Source of the DNA: Azolla caroliniana
Taxonomy: Eukaryota > Plantae > Polypodiophyta
DNA: 64,000 nt
NCBI GenBank assembly: GCA_043228905.1
Contig: JBHGNT010000004.1
Coordinates: 23,746,001-23,810,000, forward strand
Reading direction: 5' to 3'
Each line of letters starts with the position of its first letter. The first letter of the stretch is position 1. The notes under the pieces are model-generated. The model saw only the letters and a list, made by a program, of their open reading frames with translations. It did not search any database and was not told where the DNA came from. A program made the position numbers and the translations under genes. Shown piece by piece: positions 61,501 to 64,000 of this stretch.

Positions 61501-62015
61501 ATGTGTCCTATGCAGGCCGGATCCCGTAAGCTGGGGTCCGATGCAACCCCTTTGATTCGGGATTCGCTGCCCTCCGGTAAGGGCGCCACAACTGGCCTCA
61601 CCTTCCGGTCCACAGTCTTGTACTTGGTGCTAACTCGGGCCGTCCGTTCCGACTCGAGCCCTCGACCGAAGTCCGCGATGACTTCGTACATTTCTTCGGA
61701 ACATACCGGTATCGTCCGGTCTTCGATAAGGTCTTCTTCGACTACCCTCCCCAGCATTCCCAAGGTGTCGTCGAAGGAGACTGCCTCCACGGCTCCGTTG
61801 ATTTCTTCGTCAGGGCCGAGAACTCCGCACGCCCGAAGTCTCTCCTCCGTCTTTGTTTTCTCTCGGCCGGCGATGCCGACCATCGTACATGCTCCGCTGT
61901 CGGAGAAGCAAAATTTCCTACCTATTGTACACGGTTTTATCGTACAGATGTGGGGTTTTCCCGGAGCATCCGGACTGTCGCGGCCCCACGCCTTGGCAGT
62001 CCTCTCTAAAAATCC
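58527..62015 (-). CDS. Gypsy Pol (RT-RNase H-integrase), probably reached by -1 frameshift from ORF1
   Basis: ORF track 58527..61883. RT (LPQG, PFLDD), RH (VDTSPTG, ADMLSR), HHCC, DDE (VDLV, ADRG, VERG), GPY motif. The frame stays open upstream past the ORF1 stop. Confidence 0.92.
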   Translation of the reverse strand, partial: GFLERTAKAWGRDSPDAPGKPHICTIKPCTIGRKFCFSDSGACTMVGIAGREKTKTEERLRACGVLGPDEEINGAVEAVSFDDTLGMLGRVVEEDLIEDRTIPVCSEEMYEVIADFGRGLESERTARVSTKYKTVDRKVRPVVAPLPEGSESRIKGVASDPSLRDPACIGHIFTNETLRELKIGGGGFLLPVEEDRFRRMLGRHGKAFAFSPEEIGCVDPTIVEPMVIFTVPHVPWNLKPIPVPRAHIPKLMELLKQKVGMGILEPSSAPYSNRWFTVPKKNGSLRFIQDLQPVNRVTIRNAGIGPTIDEFAEAFAGRSIYSVGDLYSGYDQFQLAVESRDITTMRTPLGLVRMCTLPQGGTNSVAHMVNAMNKVLRDCIPDITMPFLDDIPIKGCPVEEKDETIGPDGCRRFVVTHIDDCEKVLQRLEDARLTFSGEKSAFGQSEIMVVGHLCEPYGRRPSPAKIEAISAMKPDCSSVTEVRRFLGACAFYHIWIPHYAHVAEPLYGLLKKGRRFEWLDKHTESVRKLKEALSAAPALRKAVYRKGTPGYITVDTSPTGIGWVVNQEDEDGNRFPIRFGAKVLSERQRGYAQVKRELWGIVSAVKADKDYLIGTEVIIETDCMPILGMVSRCATPDLAMLRWIAYIKSLDPEIRHISGKDNAMADMLSRARFDDEGGMVSEDEEVGVDFFETAYVTTDGTSTPALNDFDASKYDGEWLQIGGFLKTMTPDASWTKDEANRIRKKAYRFFLRDGYLWKHPKKRDGAPLRVVAMKEEQEELLTAYHDSPWAGHRGTWATFEKLKGKYWWPGQYQDVHRFVTTCESCQMHSIVRHRDELHPTYPPTIHFKWMVDLVTMPIGVGQMRYLVLAREDLTNQVEGRALPNKTTAAVWRFLIEDVICRYGCVGKIVADRGELDAEEAAELFDRLGVKLSLTTAYNPEANGKVERGHGPIVKALVRACGGRVGNWPRLLPYALWADRTTHSSVTGYMPTELMFGQKPIMPMERTISSWATVDWRDEMSREELLAARIRQLERRPEDVELAAKKLRVARKKNKARFDRTHRLRPKKIEEGDWVLVYDSSLDNQHRATRKFARRWFGPYVVRGANDNGTYHLAELDGTRMAIPVAGKRIKAFKKRHDDEPDPALPVSSDERSENEEEPTGEE
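61950..62015 (-). promoter_or_regulatory. Putative -1 programmed ribosomal frameshift signal (slippery heptamer plus pseudoknot)
   Basis: G GAT TTT (62015-62009), 6-nt spacer TAGAGA, stem GGACTG/CAGTCC, loop GTGGGG complementary to downstream CCCCAC. Confidence 0.75.
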
Positions 62016-64000
62016 TCTCGGTTTCCGGAACCGAGGGAGTCGCGGTTACGCTCGTGGTTCGGCCGTACCGTCAGAAACTGGACCGAATGGCGCCCGTCTT
62101 GGCTTTTGACCCTCGCGTAGGCCGAACCATTGTCCAGCACCTTGGTCTCCATCCGCGCCGCCGTGATGTACGGCTCTCCCAGTATGACCGGATGCGAAGA
62201 CGTCTCCTGCACGAAGAAGTGCTGGTCAATCTCGACGTCGCCGATCTTGACTCGCACATTCGGACAGGCCCCGTGCAGCTCCTCGGTGGCGCGCGTTGCC
62301 GCCCTTATTTTCCACCCGTGCTTGGTGTTGATCGGCCATTTGCCCTTCTTATAGAAGTCCATGGACATCAAGTTGATCTCCGATCCGTGGTCCACCAAAG
62401 CTATCACCGGTTCCTGGACATCGCCGATCTTCACCGGGGTTTCCGTGGTCGCTCGGGCCCAGTGTGGTCTCGAATAGTGGCTTTCCGCCCACTCGTCTCC
62501 CAGCGCCATGTCGTCTAGGTGCGTCGTCCGCACTTCCACTGGTCTTTCCGGTTCTGTCTCCGTCGACAGCCTCTTCCGTTTCACCAAGTCCACGATGGAG
62601 TCGTGGAACTCCTTCTTGGCGATTCCCAGCACCTCTCGTAACGACAGCTCCACCTTGCTGTCGAGGATCCGTTCCTCCAGGACCTTTTGTAAGTCCGTGG
62701 TCCTTTCTATCTCCGTCCCCAGACGGTACCCGCCCTTCTGGGGTTTATCTTTCGTACCGGCCCCGCCGGCTTCGTCCCGTCGTGGCCCGGACCGGGTCTC
62801 GTATCGTTGTGAGGGCCCGGTCGTCCCGGGTTTCCCCACCCGCTTCTCTTCTACCAGAGCCTCGTAGTTCTGGCAAGCGGCTTCCACGAAGCCCGTCCTT
62901 TCCTCGACCGGGTCGCTCCACCCGGTCATCTCCCGTACCCGTTTCTCCGCGCGGTCCGATTCCTCCCCTTTTAGCCTTGCACCGGCAAGGCCTCCCAGCA
63001 TCGTCGGCCAGAATCCGGCTTTGCTTTCCCTTCGGGCCTCGCCGCCCCCGACTCGAATGCCGGCCGACGCCGAGTAGTGGACGGTTTCCGCGTGTCGGGC
63101 CGCCGCCTCTTCCATCAACCTTTTCATACCACCTCGCCCGTCGTTTCGGCTCAGGGCCCTTCGGGTGTCGCTGGCATGCACCCGCCCTTCCCACAGGTAC
63201 ACCACCCTGTCCCTTAGCGCCTCCGCGAAGTCGCCGCAGTCCTTCCGAATGTGGCCGACTTCATCGCACCACATGCACCTGTTTCCTGCCGCCGGCCGTC
63301 GGTCACGAGCCGGTTCGCCTCCTTCCCTTCGGGCCTGCGCGATTTGGAGGTCCTTTATCGCCTTCGTCAATTCCTCCAGCGCCGCTCCTCCGGTCGGGCC
63401 TCTGACTACGCCGGTCGAAGCCGAACCGGTTTCCAACCACTCCCGGGTCTCTTCCTTGCGCACCTGTGGCGCTGGTTCAAGCTTCCTTGCTGCGACCGAG
63501 CCCGACCCGGTCGCCCCGTTATCCGCCCATTCTCGCCGTTTGTCGAAACGGCCACAGACCTTCCTGACAGCCGCCCAGTCAGTAGTGAGCCCGTCTTCGG
63601 TTTCCAGCAAGAGGCCCACTTGCTCCCGATCCCGCTCGTCGACCGACTTGACAAACAGCAAGACCCGGCTCGTGTCCAGGATGGTTCGGTCGAGCGCCGA
63701 AAGGCGCGCAAAGTTTTCCTCGAACTCCCGGAGGAGTGCCGACGCGTTTCTTCCCTTCCCCGGGGACTCCACCCATTCCATGAACCTTCGCTTCGAAAGC
63801 CGGAGCGCGTCGTCCAGCCCGTATTTCTCTAGGAGCCGACCTTCGAACTCCTCCCAGGTACGGCTCTCCGCCCGCACCTCGAGCACCTCCGCATGGATGC
63901 TCGGCATTGCCACTCGGGGAAATCCGGCAAGACGCCTTTCTTCCGGAATGTCCCGCATCAGCATTTCTGCACCGTAGGACGCCAGATACTTCGTGGCATC
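62006..64000 (-). CDS. Gypsy ORF1: Gag (zinc knuckle) plus aspartic protease; start may lie beyond the window
   Basis: ORF track 62006..63964; CMWCDEVGHIRKDC; ALVDHGSEINLM..VILGEP. Confidence 0.9.
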   Translation of the reverse strand, partial: DATKYLASYGAEMLMRDIPEERRLAGFPRVAMPSIHAEVLEVRAESRTWEEFEGRLLEKYGLDDALRLSKRRFMEWVESPGKGRNASALLREFEENFARLSALDRTILDTSRVLLFVKSVDERDREQVGLLLETEDGLTTDWAAVRKVCGRFDKRREWADNGATGSGSVAARKLEPAPQVRKEETREWLETGSASTGVVRGPTGGAALEELTKAIKDLQIAQARREGGEPARDRRPAAGNRCMWCDEVGHIRKDCGDFAEALRDRVVYLWEGRVHASDTRRALSRNDGRGGMKRLMEEAAARHAETVHYSASAGIRVGGGEARRESKAGFWPTMLGGLAGARLKGEESDRAEKRVREMTGWSDPVEERTGFVEAACQNYEALVEEKRVGKPGTTGPSQRYETRSGPRRDEAGGAGTKDKPQKGGYRLGTEIERTTDLQKVLEERILDSKVELSLREVLGIAKKEFHDSIVDLVKRKRLSTETEPERPVEVRTTHLDDMALGDEWAESHYSRPHWARATTETPVKIGDVQEPVIALVDHGSEINLMSMDFYKKGKWPINTKHGWKIRAATRATEELHGACPNVRVKIGDVEIDQHFFVQETSSHPVILGEPYITAARMETKVLDNGSAYARVKSQDGRHSVQFLTVRPNHERNRDSLGSGNREDF

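Larger units (their letters stand above)
57670..64000 (-). mobile_element. Ty3/gypsy element C (non-chromodomain), 3' LTR 57670-58455, PPT ~58456-58470; 5' end outside the window
   Basis: Minus strand AGGTGGGGGCGGA|TGTCGTGAAGA...CTAGACA; TATA CTATATAAG; gag-PR and RT-RH-IN ORFs. Confidence 0.93.

Noticed and set aside
58368-63977. Long + strand ORFs (up to 313 aa) antisense to gypsy gag/pol
   Set aside because: Expected antisense open frames of GC-rich coding sequence; no domain motifs.

Overview
Eukaryotic nuclear DNA from a land plant, most likely a non-seed plant such as a fern (inferred from PLS-PPR and LINE styles and the Gypsy lineage). A central gene island (14-37 kb) holds four spliced genes: a PDAP1/HASPP28 homolog (+), an organelle-targeted protein with two RRM-like domains (-), the RNase P/MRP subunit POP1 (+), and a CDPK-like kinase with no EF-hands (-). 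Retrotransposon piles flank it. Left (1-10.6 kb): a Tnt1/Tork-like Ty1/copia element with an inverted copy of its own RT region where the 5' LTR should be, an integrase block present as four in-frame 1164-bp tandem copies, and a solo LTR inserted in copy 3. Right (46.9-64 kb): a tRNA-Trp-primed LTR element whose long internal region carries about 8 copies of a ~75-bp motif. Nested in it are a related solo LTR, a young copia with apparently identical LTRs (itself containing an inverted sibling and an assembly gap), and an intact-looking non-chromodomain Ty3/gypsy element with a G_GAU_UUU -1 frameshift site and a predicted pseudoknot. Other notable items: a TSD-flanked PPR/LINE-tail chimeric retrocopy, an array of convergent tRNA-like (SINE-like) modules, an in-frame (TTAGGG)4 tract in the kinase, and three tandem 63-nt intron-like units upstream of POP1. 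All calls were made by eye; no database searches or folding programs were run.
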